From NCBI GenBank assembly GCA_965233585.1, contig CBDDTI010000019.1, forward strand, positions 1-11,496: a stretch of 11,496 nt of DNA, given 5' to 3'. This DNA is from a bacterium (GTDB taxonomy: Bacteria; SAR324; NAC60-12). This document shows positions 1 through 11,496 of the stretch, in pieces. How positions within the stretch are numbered: position 1 is the stretch's first letter; each line of letters opens with the position of its first letter. A program made the translations under genes and the position numbers. The notes below the pieces were generated by a model. The model did not search any database. It saw nothing but the letters and a program-made list of their open reading frames with translations, and was not told the origin of the DNA.

Positions 1-312
1 AACGTACAGTGTTTACAGTGGTCAAAATTATAGATTAAAAAAAGTAACGATGTACAGTCCTCACCAATTAGTTGTGACTGTATACTATTTTGAGGATTTC
101 TTTGACAACACTAAAAGGGAAAGAAAACCATAATTATAACAAAATAATAAAAAAACATACGTTGCATACATCCAACTTAATTGACAGTTGAACCAAACTA
201 CAGGGCTCAACTTCATTCTGACTTGTAATTTGATTTTGATACAGAGAAACAAGTTCTTTGATAAGTCTTCAAATCTCAGGATTAGCATCACATGCTAATC
301 CTGTTACTCTAA

Positions 313-758
313 AGGCCGGTTTTCACTAACGACGGAGTCAGAGTCGGAGTCGGAGTCGGAGTCATAAGAGAGCTTATGACCAAGTGAAAATCGAAAATCG
401 GAGTCATAAGCGGAATCGGAGTTGGAAGAATCAGAATGTTTCCATTTTCATTTCTTCCGATTCCATTTACGACTCCGTCGCTTATGATCCAGTGAAAACT
501 AGGTTGTCGGAGTCAGAAGCAGAAGTGGAAGAAGCAACCAATCGCAAAGTCCGGAATCGAACATTGTCCTTGGTTTATTCTTCCGCTTCTGCTTGCAACT
601 CCGACAATGCAGTTTTCACTTGATTGTTAGCGAGGGAGTCATAAGCAGAATCAGTGTTCTGCTTCCGACTCTGTCAGTTTGATTTTCACTAGATCGTATC
701 GCTCTACCATTCTGATTACGACTCTGACTACGACTCCGTCGCAAGTGAAAACCAGCCT
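313..758. mobile_element. Non-autonomous DNA transposon (PIF/Harbinger-like MITE)
   Basis: TIRs of about 27 bp (AGGCCGGTTTTCACTAACGACGGAGTC on the left; reverse complement AGGCTGGTTTTCACTTGCGACGGAGTC on the right). TAA duplication at 310-312 and 759-761. Internal GGAGTC repeats. Confidence 0.88.
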
Positions 759-821
759 TAAAGAAGTATTCTTTGCTTTAGTAGACTGAAACAAGATGTA
801 CAGTAACATAATTGTACTCAC

Positions 822-11142
<10,321 letters not shown>

Positions 11143-11496
11143 CTGGTGAAAAAAAATAAACAATAATATTAGAAAGTTCCCTTTAGAGCAGCTGTCCAGT
11201 AATTAATATTAATAAATTTATTTTGGGTTTAAAATTTTCCAATCTGCTTGGCATTGTCTTCTATCCAATATCACAATCCAGTAAGAGATAAAAATCATAC
11301 TGATGTGGAAAAAAAAATTTAACCAAAAGAAAATTTAAACCAGAAAAAAAATTGAACCACAACATATATGTGTCAACATTAAAAAAAAATAAAACAATAC
11401 ATTATTATTGAAATTACTGTGTTCAAGAACCTGGTAATAATAATTTTTCTGCATTTCTAAATAGTGGCAAGGCTTGAGGGAATAAAACATCAGTTA

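Noticed and set aside
85..291. Minus-strand ORF as the next RB1 exon (human exon 13 equivalent), with a GTATGT donor at 160
   Set aside because: There is no good pyrimidine-tract acceptor in phase 0 and the open frame does not resemble NCTVNPKESILKRV. A tempting ACDANPEI in another frame is followed at once by a stop. The next exon probably lies beyond position 1.
384..623. 79-aa plus-strand ORF
   Set aside because: It lies wholly inside a repetitive MITE and has no recognisable domain.
11431..11456. Possible upstream 26-nt RB1 exon (tttag|AAATGCAG...ACCAG|gttctt)
   Set aside because: The donor is weak and the phase-compatible peptide KCRKIIIT does not resemble the end of RB1 exon 3. The upstream exon probably lies outside the window.

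Overview
Eukaryotic (animal) genomic DNA, most likely a stony coral or another anthozoan. That assignment rests on repeat families I recognise from memory and was not checked by a search. The window lies inside a minus-strand, intron-rich retinoblastoma gene of the RB1 type. Eleven GT-AG exons (11142-11011, 9017-8973, 8754-8696, 8232-8131, 7058-7033, 6886-6833, 5902-5849, 4015-3992, 2711-2491, 2212-2150, 858-822; 817 nt) splice with compatible phases into one stop-free frame of 272 codons. That frame covers the RbN domain, the interdomain linker and the start of pocket A, equivalent to human RB1 exons 4-12. Both ends of the gene lie outside the window. The introns are packed with non-autonomous DNA transposons (Harbinger-, Pangu- and Tc1/pogo-like MITEs), a Penelope-like element end with a CCAAT/TATA promoter and a minimal hammerhead ribozyme, and an R4/Dong-type retrotransposon end inside an (AAT)n tract. 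Most six-frame ORFs are spurious. I see no convincing new multi-gene system. The most interesting points are the RB1 microexons and intron conservation, the reduced CDK-site content, and the intronic antisense promoter plus ribozyme cassette.
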